Position numbers and translations under genes: made by a program. Positions 1 to 9,611 of a stretch of 64,000 nucleotides of DNA are shown here, in pieces. The DNA is taken from the NCBI GenBank assembly GCA_007134525.1, contig SLKR01000065.1, positions 1,408 through 65,407 of the forward strand. The letters are read 5' to 3'. The notes below the pieces were generated by a model, which worked only from the letters and a program-made list of their open reading frames with translations, had not been told where the DNA came from and ran no database searches. Position 1 is the stretch's first letter; each line of letters begins with the position of its first letter. This DNA is from Bacteroidales bacterium (GTDB lineage Bacteria; Bacteroidota; Bacteroidia; Bacteroidales; UBA7960).

Positions 1-293
1 GGTCTGTTTTCAGGGTAAAGGTACATTACGCTTCACTGCCAGCTACTATACAGCAAATTGGGGGTATGCTTTCTGTTTATGCCACATCTGCCGGTGGGGA
101 GAACATATTCAAAAGCAGACTGAAGCTGCCTGCCGCATTGATAATCGGCAACGAGGCAAGGGGGATCTCGGATGAAGTTGCATCCCTGGCCGGGCAAAGT
201 TTGTCGGTGCCCGGATTCACCGCTGACAGGGCAGAGTCGTTGAATGCGGCAGTTTCAGCAGGTATTGTGATGGCGTTCTTCAGAAATGCCTGA
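1..293 (+). CDS. TrmH/SpoU-family RNA 2'-O-methyltransferase, C-terminal fragment (5' end lies outside the window)
   Basis: The frame is open from the window edge (codons from nt 3). Motifs LIIGNEARGIS and SLNAAVSAGIVM are typical of the SpoU methylase knot. Confidence 0.75.
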   Translation, partial: SVFRVKVHYASLPATIQQIGGMLSVYATSAGGENIFKSRLKLPAALIIGNEARGISDEVASLAGQSLSVPGFTADRAESLNAAVSAGIVMAFFRNA

Positions 294-354
294 ACATTTG
301 CGGCACAAAACTTGTTCAAGGTTATGAAACAGGGATTAAAAACAATTGATATAA

Positions 355-561
355 ATGGAAGTCCTTCTTTTGACAGTAATACTTCTTGCCCTGGCCATAG
401 GCGGTATAGCAATAAAGATGTTCTTCAGGCCTGAAGGGAAATTTACCAAGACCTGCGCCAGCAAGTTCGACCCGGACACCGGGAAGCCCGGAAGGTGCTC
501 TTGCGCCTCAGGAATTCCTGATGATTGCGAAAGCGAAAAACAACTCAATACCAGAGCATAA
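355..561 (+). CDS. Small membrane protein with one TM helix and four Cys; possible NqrM-like maturation factor
   Basis: ATG at 355. N-terminal hydrophobic helix VLLLTVILLALAIGGIAIKMFF, then a C-x13-C-x-C-x7-C tail. Its TAA overlaps the next ATG (TAATG at 559-563). Confidence 0.5.
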   Translation: MEVLLLTVILLALAIGGIAIKMFFRPEGKFTKTCASKFDPDTGKPGRCSCASGIPDDCESEKQLNTRA

Positions 562-1322
562 TGCCGGGCACTCCATACACTACAGAATTTACAGTAAGAT
601 TTTCAGAAACAGACAGATCCGGCCAGCTGAAACCGGAGGCCCTTATAAACTATCTCGAGGAGACTGCCCTGAGGCAAAGTGAATCAGCAGGCGTAGGCCT
701 TGATTATTATCGCAAAAACTCAGTAATATGGCTGCTGCACCGCTTTGATATCAGCATTGACATAATGCCCGGATACGGCGACCGCATTGTTATAACCACC
801 CTTCCTGAGTCAGTCTGCAAGTTTTTCGGTTACAGAAGCTTCACAATCTCCCTGGGGGATGCAAGTGATAAAGACAGCAGCATCATACGTGCATTCTCAG
901 TATGGCTTTTTGTAGATACCCGCACAAAGAGGCCCTTGAGGGTGAGCAGCGACATGAAAGAGGCTTATGGATATACCGGCCTGAAGGAGGAAAAAATCCC
1001 CGTTGATGAAATTCCCGCCCCCGGAGATATATTTGATGAAAAGGGTTTTGAAGTCAGGCACTCAGACATTGATATAAACAGGCACGTAAACAATGTGATT
1101 TATATCAACTGGGCAATGGAGGGTCTTCAGGATATAACTCTCAAACCATTAAGCCTGAAAAGGCTGCAGGTGGCATGGATGAAGGAAACCCTGGCCGGTT
1201 CGGAAATTATTTTAAGGACCGGACAAATGGAAACAAAAGATGGTGTCAGGTACCTGCAGAGCATCTCCGGAAAGGAAGGCCAGGAAAAATGCCGTATAGC
1301 CACTACCTGGGAAAAAGGATAA
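561..1322 (+). CDS. Acyl-[acyl-carrier-protein] thioesterase
   Basis: Double hot-dog layout with the VRHSDIDINRHVNNVIYINWAME motif. The ATG at 561 is preferred over the ORF-track start at 525, which overlaps the upstream gene. Confidence 0.85.
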   Translation: MPGTPYTTEFTVRFSETDRSGQLKPEALINYLEETALRQSESAGVGLDYYRKNSVIWLLHRFDISIDIMPGYGDRIVITTLPESVCKFFGYRSFTISLGDASDKDSSIIRAFSVWLFVDTRTKRPLRVSSDMKEAYGYTGLKEEKIPVDEIPAPGDIFDEKGFEVRHSDIDINRHVNNVIYINWAMEGLQDITLKPLSLKRLQVAWMKETLAGSEIILRTGQMETKDGVRYLQSISGKEGQEKCRIATTWEKG

Positions 1323-1335
1323 CCGCAGCTCACAT

Positions 1336-2109
1336 TCATTTAAGCAACTCCTTCATACTATCACTCTTCATCACTGAGAAAAACTCCTGCACTGCCGGGT
1401 GGTCAGAATGCAATGCTTCCACCAGCTGCCCCTCGAACGCAACCACTCCTTTATCAAGGAAAACAACCCTGTTTGCCACCCTCATTATACTGGATACTTC
1501 ATGAGTGACCAAGATGATAGACATGCCGAGCTTATTCTTAAGGTTTAATATAAGCCTGTCCAAAGCCTCTAGTGAAACAGGGTCGAGCCCGGCACCGGGT
1601 TCATCACAGAAAAGCAGTGGCGGATCCATTACTATCGCTCTTGCCAGTGCAGCCCGCTTCAGCATACCCCCACTGAGCTGGGATGGGTACAGGTGAAATG
1701 CGTGCGACAGATTAACCAGGCCAAGCTTCATATAAACTATCTCATCTATCAGCTCAGCAGGCAAATCGGAGTGCTGTGCCAGGGGCAGGGCTACATTTTC
1801 AGCAACAGTCAGGGAGTTTAGCAATGCCCCGCTCTGGTAAAATACACCCATCTGGTGGTAGAGTTCAACCTGTTCAACCTCCCGGAGAGTAGTCACATCC
1901 TTTCCAAGTACCCTCACACTCCCCCGTTTTACCGGGTAGAGTGAGAGCAGGTGCCTGAAAAGTGTTGTCTTGCCCGATCCGCTCCCTCCGAGTATAACCG
2001 TAACCTCCCCCTTATTGGCCGTGAAGGATACGTCCTTCAGCACCACTTCATGCTCGAAGGCTGCATAAAGCCCGCTTACTTCTACCACTTTTTGCTTTTG
2101 CATATCCAT
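1336..2109 (-). CDS. mlaF: Mla-like ABC transporter ATP-binding protein
   Basis: Walker A GGSGSGKTT, signature LSGGMLKR, Walker B LLFCDEP. Last gene of the mla-like operon. Confidence 0.85.
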   Translation of the reverse strand: MDMQKQKVVEVSGLYAAFEHEVVLKDVSFTANKGEVTVILGGSGSGKTTLFRHLLSLYPVKRGSVRVLGKDVTTLREVEQVELYHQMGVFYQSGALLNSLTVAENVALPLAQHSDLPAELIDEIVYMKLGLVNLSHAFHLYPSQLSGGMLKRAALARAIVMDPPLLFCDEPGAGLDPVSLEALDRLILNLKNKLGMSIILVTHEVSSIMRVANRVVFLDKGVVAFEGQLVEALHSDHPAVQEFFSVMKSDSMKELLK

Positions 2110-2115
2110 ACAGGA

Positions 2116-3258
2116 TCAATAGAATATCACACCCAGTATACTGTCGGCCAGTATTACCAGGGTTATCGAAACAACTACCGCCATTGTCGTCATACGCCCC
2201 ACGCCCTCTGCACCTCTTTCAACCCTCAGGCCATAAAAGCTTCCCGTTAGAACTATAAGGGCGGCATAGACCTGGCTCTTGACAAGGGCAGTGTAAAGGT
2301 CCTTGCTCATCATTATATCCTGCATCCGGTTTATGAATATCTCGGGTGTAATATCGAGATACACGCTGGATGCAAGCGCACCCCCGGTTATTCCGGCAAC
2401 ATTGGCAAACACTATCAGAAACGGCATTGTAAACATACAGGCATAGAGCTTGGGAACCACCACAAATCGCAATGGATTTAGCCCCATGGTTTTCAGCGCG
2501 TCCAGCTCAGCCGTGACCTTCATTGTGGCTACCTCTGCAGCTATCGAAGAGCCGCTTCTGCCGGCAACAAGGATGGCGGTTATCAGAGGGCCCATCTGGC
2601 TCATTATGGAGAACACCACCAGGTCAACGATAAATATGTTTGCACCAAAACTCCTGAGCTGCCCCGCAGAGTGAAGCGCAATTACATAACCTATCACAAA
2701 GGTTAAAAACACCACAATAAACACTGCATTTACTCCTATCAGCACAGACTGGTGTACAAACTCGCCCTTTCTGCGAACCTTCTTTCGGAACAGATCAGCT
2801 ATTCCCCAGTAGAATATATTGGCGGCAAGAACTATAAAGCTGAAAACATAAGCGGTAAAGAACTGATGGACCTGATCACCTGTCCGTTCAAACCATCCAA
2901 ACTGAGAAGGTGGAGGCATCCGTATCTCGTCCCGGGGGTAAAAAAGACGGATCTTGTCGGATATGTTTTCCGGAGCATTTTTCAGCTCAATCCGCTGCCC
3001 CTTTTCATCAAGCTTCTTCTGTATATAGAACAGGGCCATGACTCCGGCACTGTCAATGGCTTCAAGTGCACTGAGATCAAAATCAAGACTGCGGTCAGGT
3101 GCAGCCCTGTATTCCCGGAGGAACTCCGTACTGAATACCGAAGCTTCATTCACGGTGAGCCTGCCGCTTAGCTTCAGGCAACCACTTTCAAAACGGGCAA
3201 GCATATCATTGCCGCATTTTATCTCCTTAAGGGGTCTTTTACTTCTTCTCAGTTTCAT
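2116..3258 (-). CDS. mlaE: MlaE-family ABC permease with an N-terminal STAS (MlaB-like) domain
   Basis: About 110 aa of STAS-like N-terminus (LDFDLSALEAIDSAGVMALF) followed by a multi-TM MlaE-type permease core. Confidence 0.8.
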   Translation of the reverse strand: MKLRRSKRPLKEIKCGNDMLARFESGCLKLSGRLTVNEASVFSTEFLREYRAAPDRSLDFDLSALEAIDSAGVMALFYIQKKLDEKGQRIELKNAPENISDKIRLFYPRDEIRMPPPSQFGWFERTGDQVHQFFTAYVFSFIVLAANIFYWGIADLFRKKVRRKGEFVHQSVLIGVNAVFIVVFLTFVIGYVIALHSAGQLRSFGANIFIVDLVVFSIMSQMGPLITAILVAGRSGSSIAAEVATMKVTAELDALKTMGLNPLRFVVVPKLYACMFTMPFLIVFANVAGITGGALASSVYLDITPEIFINRMQDIMMSKDLYTALVKSQVYAALIVLTGSFYGLRVERGAEGVGRMTTMAVVVSITLVILADSILGVIFY

Positions 3259-3300
3259 ATTACGGGAAAGGGGTTGAAGCTTGAGTCATAAGAAAACTGC

Positions 3301-3915
3301 CTAACCTCCACTGACCAGTTGCATGCATTCGATACTGAAGCCGTGCAGATCTTCCGAAAACATCCGGCTTATGGAAGATGCGAACTCATTGACATTTTTC
3401 CCATCCAGCTCTTCATGCCTGTCAATACTCCGGCTTAAAACCACCCGCCTGCCACCGTTATTGTCCACAAGCCTGAACTCACCGCCTATCCGGGCGTTAA
3501 ATGAGCCATTGCGGGTGTCTATCTCAATATAGTGGATGTCTGTTTCTATAATATGATCAGGAACACGAGTTATCCTCCCGTGCACCACTTCACTGAACAC
3601 ATTGTGATCATCCATGAATTCTGTTATCATCCTGGTCAAACGCTGCCCGGGTCTTTCTGCCCACTCATTGAAAGTAAAATACCGTATCTGGTGTGAATCT
3701 TCCCTCACTGCAATCTGGTGCGTAGCATAAGCCGGGGCGAGATTTACCTCTGCCACCTCACACAATCCACCGATCGTACTCGCTCCCTCCGGCCATTGGA
3801 AGGTTTCGGCCTGTGGCAGCTCCAGCATGTAAAACTGCTGAGTAACAGGCTGGCTGCTCCTGCACCCGGCAAGGATAAAAAACATCAAAAGCGGAATAAG
3901 CGTTGATCTTTTCAT
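3301..3915 (-). CDS. ABC-transport auxiliary lipoprotein (PqiC/DUF330-like)
   Basis: Start taken at MKRSTLIPLLMFFILAGC (lipobox) at 3915. Sits between the MCE protein and the permease. Confidence 0.55.
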   Translation of the reverse strand: MKRSTLIPLLMFFILAGCRSSQPVTQQFYMLELPQAETFQWPEGASTIGGLCEVAEVNLAPAYATHQIAVREDSHQIRYFTFNEWAERPGQRLTRMITEFMDDHNVFSEVVHGRITRVPDHIIETDIHYIEIDTRNGSFNARIGGEFRLVDNNGGRRVVLSRSIDRHEELDGKNVNEFASSISRMFSEDLHGFSIECMQLVSGG

Positions 3916-3985
3916 ATCAATATTTTTTTGGCCCAAAATACAGTATGGGCAATGACTGCAACCCCTGTCAAACAATCATTTACAG

Positions 3986-4990
3986 TTAATCACCGTCAAG
4001 TATCCTGTCGGCGGCATCCTCCATCCTGGGCCTTCTGATCAGCACCGAGGGGTTGGCACTTGCTTTCCGTGATAACTCATAAATATTGTTGAGTGTGTAC
4101 TGAAACAGCAGCAGGTTCTCGGTAAGGGCCTCACCTCCCCTGTCAATATCCTCACCTACCCTTCGCAACAGAACCTGTGTCTGAGCAGTTGTGGCGGCCA
4201 GCTGCTCTATCAGTTCATTAAGATTGGTCTCCTTCAGGGTAATTGACAGATCCCTGAAATTGGCAAGCACCTCGCTGAGGGTATCGCCCTGCATTATCTC
4301 ATTAAACCTTGCAACTGCCATAAACAGTTCATCCGAGGTTTTGTCAAGCTCACCACTGAACCTGTTCACCGCAGCTATGCTCTGCCTTACATCCTCACGG
4401 TTCTCGGATAAAACTTCTTCAAACATCTGGACAGTACTGCCGGCCTGTACTGAAAACTCAGATATGTCCTCTGCCACCCGGGTAAAAGAGCCCATATTGT
4501 CGGGATGGGTAAATATCTGCAGGTTATTCAGCACATCCTCCAGCTTAAGGTATATATCCTCTGCCTTACCGGTAATATCCTCTGCAAAGGAGCTTCCTGC
4601 GGGGATGTAGCCTCCCGGCTCAAGAAATGGTGCCTCCTCGGTTCCTCCCCTGATCTCAATTGTTCTAAGCCCTGTAATTCCCATTGAAACTATATCTGCA
4701 ACGGCATCCTCTTTAATCGGGGTGTCTTCCTGAAGGGCTAGCTTGATTATCACGGTATTGAAGTCAAGGGGGGATAGCTCTATATCTGCTATCGAACCTA
4801 TATTTATCCCCAGAAACTTAACGGGGCTTCCTACTTCAAGCCCGCCTACAGATACATTGGCGTAAGCAACATAATAGTGCTCCTTCCTCTCAAACAGGCT
4901 TTGTGCGGCAAAATACCCTATAAGTATCAGCAATAGCACGGAGCTGACCAGGATAAATACACCGAGTCTGATTTTTTGTGCTCTTTTCAT
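3986..4990 (-). CDS. mlaD: MlaD/MCE-family substrate-binding protein
   Basis: N-terminal TM anchor, MCE domain (VGSPVKFLGINIGSI), long helical C-terminus. Confidence 0.8.
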   Translation of the reverse strand: MKRAQKIRLGVFILVSSVLLLILIGYFAAQSLFERKEHYYVAYANVSVGGLEVGSPVKFLGINIGSIADIELSPLDFNTVIIKLALQEDTPIKEDAVADIVSMGITGLRTIEIRGGTEEAPFLEPGGYIPAGSSFAEDITGKAEDIYLKLEDVLNNLQIFTHPDNMGSFTRVAEDISEFSVQAGSTVQMFEEVLSENREDVRQSIAAVNRFSGELDKTSDELFMAVARFNEIMQGDTLSEVLANFRDLSITLKETNLNELIEQLAATTAQTQVLLRRVGEDIDRGGEALTENLLLFQYTLNNIYELSRKASANPSVLIRRPRMEDAADRILDGD

Positions 4991-5033
4991 AGATTGCGTC
5001 CTGTTGAATTATGTAGAGTAAATATACAAAAAA

Positions 5034-6053
5034 TTACAGGTCTTCACGTGTTTTTAATTCAAGGCCAGTGCTGGCATAAAAAGTGAACTCATCCTGATCA
5101 TCTCCGGCCAATATCAGATATGCCTCCAGGTCTTCACGGCTTTCAACAAATTCTATTGCCCTGTCAGGCCCCATTGCCATAAGCGCGGTCGCATATGCAT
5201 CGGCCGACAGTCCGTCCCCGGCAAATACCGATGCACTTAACATATTATGCTCAACAGGATAGCCCGTTTCGGGGTCTATTGTATGTGAATACCTTTTTCC
5301 GTCAACCTCATAGTAGCGACGATAGTCACCAGAAGTCGCAAGTCCGGTATCGCGGATCTCGACAAAGAAGTCCCACTCCTGCGGGGAATCGCTGTGTTCG
5401 GCAGGGACCTCAAGTCCTATGCGCCAGGCAGTACCGTCGGGTTTAAGCCCTCTTGTGGCAAGGTCGCCCCCTATTTCAACCAGGCATGAATAGGCTCCGG
5501 CCGACATCAGGTAGTCACAGATAATGTCGGCTGCATACCCCTTTGCAATTGCATTGAAGTCGACCTGTACACGTTCATCCTCCTTTACAATATGTCCGTC
5601 CTCGAGCCTGATCTTTTCATAGCCCACAAACTCCAGTATACTGTCTAACTCTCCCTGGGCCACCTCCTCCCTGAAGGATACACCAAAACCCCATGCGTCG
5701 ACCAAAGGAAACACCGTAACATCAAAAGCGCCTCCGGTTTCACTTGAAATCTCCCGGGCCCTGCTGAAAACCACTTCAAAATAATCGTCAACAACTGTGG
5801 TCTCGTTTTTGTTGATCCTTGAGAGAAGCGACTGTCGGTCATAAAATGAGAGTGAACTGTTGAAGTCAGCGAAAATACTGTCTATCTCCTGCTGATAGAC
5901 TATGCCATTTTCTTCATAGTAGGTGACGGTATAGTAGGTGCCGAACACCATACCCCTGATACTTACCATACTGGGTTCCCTGTCAGTCAGTTTACAGGAT
6001 GAGGCAAACATTAGCAGGGCAGCTGCAAAAATGATATTCTGTGTTTTGAACAT
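5034..6053 (-). CDS. apbE: FAD:protein FMN transferase (ApbE), lipoprotein
   Basis: Lipobox MFASSC. Motifs GAFDVT, AIAKGYAAD and TSGDYRRY. Located downstream of the nqr operon. Confidence 0.9.
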   Translation of the reverse strand: MFKTQNIIFAAALLMFASSCKLTDREPSMVSIRGMVFGTYYTVTYYEENGIVYQQEIDSIFADFNSSLSFYDRQSLLSRINKNETTVVDDYFEVVFSRAREISSETGGAFDVTVFPLVDAWGFGVSFREEVAQGELDSILEFVGYEKIRLEDGHIVKEDERVQVDFNAIAKGYAADIICDYLMSAGAYSCLVEIGGDLATRGLKPDGTAWRIGLEVPAEHSDSPQEWDFFVEIRDTGLATSGDYRRYYEVDGKRYSHTIDPETGYPVEHNMLSASVFAGDGLSADAYATALMAMGPDRAIEFVESREDLEAYLILAGDDQDEFTFYASTGLELKTREDL

Positions 6054-6087
6054 AGGTATGCTTTATTTAAAAAATTAAAGGCCCGGC

Positions 6088-6975
6088 CTAAAGAGGTTCG
6101 GTATGCACGGATATATGGGTCTCCTCACCGTACTTCTCCCTCAGTCGTTTTTCAAGCCTGACGGTTATATCGTGTGCCTGCTTTATATTCAGATCCTGTT
6201 GCACCTGAATGTGCAGATCTATTGCTATATTGCTGCCGATCTTGCGGGTCTTCAGATCATGCGGATTGACGACACCATCCACACCTCCGGCAATATCCAG
6301 TATTTCATTCTCGCTTTTTTCGGGCAGTGAGGTCTCAATTAGCTCCATAAGGGCTTCCTTCATTATTGAAAGTGAAACCCTGAAAATAAAGAAACTGACT
6401 ACTATTGCAGCAATAGGGTCGAGTATCACCCATTGTGGGCCCAGGAAGATCGAACCACTAATTCCAATAAGCGTAGCCAGCGAAGAATAGGCGTCGCTGC
6501 GGTGGTGCCAGGCATTTGCCACTACCACGGGGCTTTTGACACGCCTGCCGGTAATAATGGTATATTGGAAAAGCAGCTCCTTTACCACTATAGACAACAA
6601 TGCTGCATATAAAGCCACCATCCCGGGTCTTTTTATCTGACTGCCGGAAAAATGGCCGATTATACTGTCGCCTCCGGAATATAGGATCCCGGCACCAACA
6701 ACAAAAAGCACGCCGCCAACGAAGGCCGCAGCAAGGGTCTCAACCTTGCCGTGCCCGTATTTGTGGTTACCGTCGCGGGGTCTGGATGCCATTTTAAGGC
6801 TGCCGGCAATAACCAGGTCGGTAATAAAATCGCTTACCGAATGGATCGCATCGGCAACCATAGCCGAACTGCGGCCCAGTATCCCTGCAACAAACTTCAG
6901 CAAGGTAAGCAGCAGATTGGCCAGGAAGCCCACCCAGATAACCCGGCTGGCCTGGGCAAATCGTTTTTTTTGCAT
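6088..6975 (-). CDS. Cation diffusion facilitator (CDF) metal efflux transporter
   Basis: HSVSDFITD and HHRSDAYSS metal-site motifs plus a C-terminal cytoplasmic domain. The ORF-track start at 7014 is TTG; the ATG at 6975 is preferred because a -7 box lies at 7012-7019. Confidence 0.8.
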   Translation of the reverse strand: MQKKRFAQASRVIWVGFLANLLLTLLKFVAGILGRSSAMVADAIHSVSDFITDLVIAGSLKMASRPRDGNHKYGHGKVETLAAAFVGGVLFVVGAGILYSGGDSIIGHFSGSQIKRPGMVALYAALLSIVVKELLFQYTIITGRRVKSPVVVANAWHHRSDAYSSLATLIGISGSIFLGPQWVILDPIAAIVVSFFIFRVSLSIMKEALMELIETSLPEKSENEILDIAGGVDGVVNPHDLKTRKIGSNIAIDLHIQVQQDLNIKQAHDITVRLEKRLREKYGEETHISVHTEPL

Positions 6976-7011
6976 AATCCTGAAATTAAGATGGGCCGTC
7001 AGCCCGGCATG

Positions 7012-7019
7012 CAAAATTA
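7012..7019 (-). promoter_or_regulatory. Candidate internal -7 promoter box (TAATTTTG) overlapping the nqrF stop codon
   Basis: TAnnTTTG match on the minus strand, 37 nt upstream of the CDF ATG at 6975. Confidence 0.35.
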
Positions 7020-8276
7020 ACCTCCAAAATCATCAAGGTCAATATTTTCTTCGGGAACTCCAAGATTGTCGAGCATATTCAAAACGGCCTCGTTCATTAT
7101 GGGCGGACCGCAAAGGTAGTACTCAACCTCTTCGGGTTCAGGATGTTTGCTCAGGTAATTATCGAGTACTACCTGGTGGATAAAACCGGTGTAGCCATCC
7201 CATTTGTCTTCAGGCAGCGGTTCGGAAAGGGCAATATTGAAAGTAAAATTTGGGAACTCCTTCTCTATCTTCCTGAACTCCTCGGCATAGAATATCTCCC
7301 TTTTAGAACGTGCACCGTACCAGTATGAAACCTTCCGGTCGGTTTTCAGGGTATGGAAAAGATGGAAGATGTGCGATCTCAGCGGTGCCATTCCGGCACC
7401 TCCTCCGATATAGACCATCTCGCGATCGTTGTCCTTGATGAAAAAATCCCCGTAGGGCCCGGATATGGTAACCTTGTCGCCCGGTTTCAGGGAGAATATG
7501 TATGAAGAGCAGATCCCGGGGTTGACGTTCATAAAGCGGTTTTTCTTCTTGTCCCAGGGAGGTGTTGCAATACGGACGTTGAGCTTGATAATATTACCCT
7601 CGGCAGGATGGTTGGCCATGGAGTATGCCCTGAACACCGGTTCGGGGTTCACCATCTTCAGATCCCACATATTAAGCTTATCCCAGTCTTCCCTGAACTT
7701 CTTGTCAACCTCCATATCCCTGAAAGAGACCTCTACGGGAGGTACATCTACCTGTATATATCCACCGGATTTGAAGTCGAGTTTTTCACCTTCGGGAAGC
7801 CTGACCACGAATTCCTTAATAAAAGTTGCGACATTGCGGTTTGATACAACCTCGCACTCCCACTTCTTAATACCGAATATCTCCTCCGGTATCTTTATGT
7901 CCATATCCTGCTTCACTTTCACCTGGCAACTAAGCCTCCACTTTTCAAGGATCTCCTTGCGGGTAAAATAACCAACTTCGGTCGGCAGGATATCGCCAGC
8001 TCCATCAAGCACCTGGCATTTACACATGGCACAGGTTCCTCCTCCCCCGCATGCACTGGGCAGGTAGATATCCTCTCTCGAAAGTGTGGTAAGCAAAGTG
8101 TCGCCGGCGTTCACCTCCAGCTCCTTTTCGTCATTAATGTTGATCTTCACCGGCCCGCTTGGTACCAGTCTGGACCTTGCGTAAAGCAGTAAGACGACCA
8201 GCAGCATCATAACTGCAAGGAACATTATAACGCTGAGGGCGATAACCCAGAGATTGCTTGCTTCCAACAATATCAT
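7017..8276 (-). CDS. nqrF: Na+-translocating NADH:quinone oxidoreductase subunit F
   Basis: N-terminal TM helix, 2Fe-2S motif [19 protein letters not shown]-binding domain ([15 protein letters not shown]). Confidence 0.95.
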   Translation of the reverse strand: MILLEASNLWVIALSVIMFLAVMMLLVVLLLYARSRLVPSGPVKININDEKELEVNAGDTLLTTLSREDIYLPSACGGGGTCAMCKCQVLDGAGDILPTEVGYFTRKEILEKWRLSCQVKVKQDMDIKIPEEIFGIKKWECEVVSNRNVATFIKEFVVRLPEGEKLDFKSGGYIQVDVPPVEVSFRDMEVDKKFREDWDKLNMWDLKMVNPEPVFRAYSMANHPAEGNIIKLNVRIATPPWDKKKNRFMNVNPGICSSYIFSLKPGDKVTISGPYGDFFIKDNDREMVYIGGGAGMAPLRSHIFHLFHTLKTDRKVSYWYGARSKREIFYAEEFRKIEKEFPNFTFNIALSEPLPEDKWDGYTGFIHQVVLDNYLSKHPEPEEVEYYLCGPPIMNEAVLNMLDNLGVPEENIDLDDFGG

Positions 8277-8298
8277 GATATTGAATTTTCAGTTTTTT

Positions 8299-8916
8299 CT
8301 ATAATTCAATGCCCATAAAGCTCATAAAGGCAATTCCCATAAGGCCCGTAATAATAAAGGTGATCCCGAGGCCTCTCAATGGTGCGGGCACTGCAGAATA
8401 CCTAATCTTTTCACGAATTGCGGCAATCCCGACTATCGCCAGAAACCATCCGACACCGCTTCCAAGGCCGAAGGCGGTAGCCTCGGCAAGATTTGCATAG
8501 TTTCTCTCCTGCATAAAGAGCGACCCACCCAGTATGGCACAATTAACTGCAATAAGCGGGAGGAATATACCAAGAGAGCTGTAAAGTGTAGGGCTGAACT
8601 TCTCAATTATCATCTCTACCAGCTGTACCATTGCAGCAATGATCGCAATAAACATAATAAACGTCAGAAAGCTCAGATCCACATCTGCAAAGCCGGATCC
8701 CAGCCAACTCAGCGCACCCTTGCCAAGGACATAATTCTCAAGCAAAAAGTTTATCGGTACCGTTATTCCCAGTACGAATATCACGGCAAACCCGAGTCCG
8801 ACACTGGTATTTACCGTACGTGATACCGCCAGGTAGGAACACATGCCCAGAAAATAGGCAAAAACCATATTGTCAATAAAGATCGACCTTACGAATATGC
8901 TGGCTAACTCTTCCAT
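8299..8916 (-). CDS. nqrE: Na+-NQR subunit E
   Basis: 205-aa polytopic protein of the NqrE/RnfA type, in conserved operon position. Confidence 0.9.
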   Translation of the reverse strand: MEELASIFVRSIFIDNMVFAYFLGMCSYLAVSRTVNTSVGLGFAVIFVLGITVPINFLLENYVLGKGALSWLGSGFADVDLSFLTFIMFIAIIAAMVQLVEMIIEKFSPTLYSSLGIFLPLIAVNCAILGGSLFMQERNYANLAEATAFGLGSGVGWFLAIVGIAAIREKIRYSAVPAPLRGLGITFIITGLMGIAFMSFMGIEL

Positions 8917-8951
8917 ATCTGAGTAATTCTTTTTGGTTCAGTCATCAATGA

Positions 8952-9611
8952 TTAACTTACATCAATCAGTTCACGATCCCTGTGCCTTTGCACCCATATG
9001 ATCACGCCAACTGTGATAAGGGCCATGGGAGGCAGTATCATAAAGCCGTTATTCTCATAACCCACTTCATACAGTGCATCCGGGATTACCTGGTATCCCA
9101 TTAAGGTGCCTGATCCAAGAAGTTCACGGAAAAATCCCACTGTCAGAAGCACCCAGCCATAGCCTGCTGCATTACCGATACCGTCGAGAAATGAGGGCCA
9201 GGGTTTGTTGTAAAGTGCGAAGGCCTCAAGCCTGCCCATAATAATGCAGTTGGTTATTATCAGCCCCACAAATACCGAGAGCTGCCTGCTTACATCGTAA
9301 ACATATGCCTTGAGTATCTGGTCAACCAGTATTACCAGTGATGCGATCACCGTAAGCTGTACTATTATCCTTATTCGCGGTGGTATTGTTTTTCGGAGAA
9401 GAGAAATTATGACATTCGCAAACCCCATAACAGCAATCACCGAAATTGCCATCACAATTGATGCGCGCAACTGAACCGTTATGGCCAGCACCGAACAGAT
9501 CCCTAGTACCTGCACACTGATCGGGTTCTCCTTGCTCAGGGGATTGCTCAATAACTTCCTGTTCTTTAAAGAGAACAGGGACTCCTTATTGTTATCCATG
9601 TTTTCGCTCAT
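8952..9611 (-). CDS. nqrD: Na+-NQR subunit D
   Basis: 219-aa polytopic protein of the NqrD/RnfE type. Its start overlaps the nqrC stop (ATGA at 9608-9611). Confidence 0.9.
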   Translation of the reverse strand: MSENMDNNKESLFSLKNRKLLSNPLSKENPISVQVLGICSVLAITVQLRASIVMAISVIAVMGFANVIISLLRKTIPPRIRIIVQLTVIASLVILVDQILKAYVYDVSRQLSVFVGLIITNCIIMGRLEAFALYNKPWPSFLDGIGNAAGYGWVLLTVGFFRELLGSGTLMGYQVIPDALYEVGYENNGFMILPPMALITVGVIIWVQRHRDRELIDVS

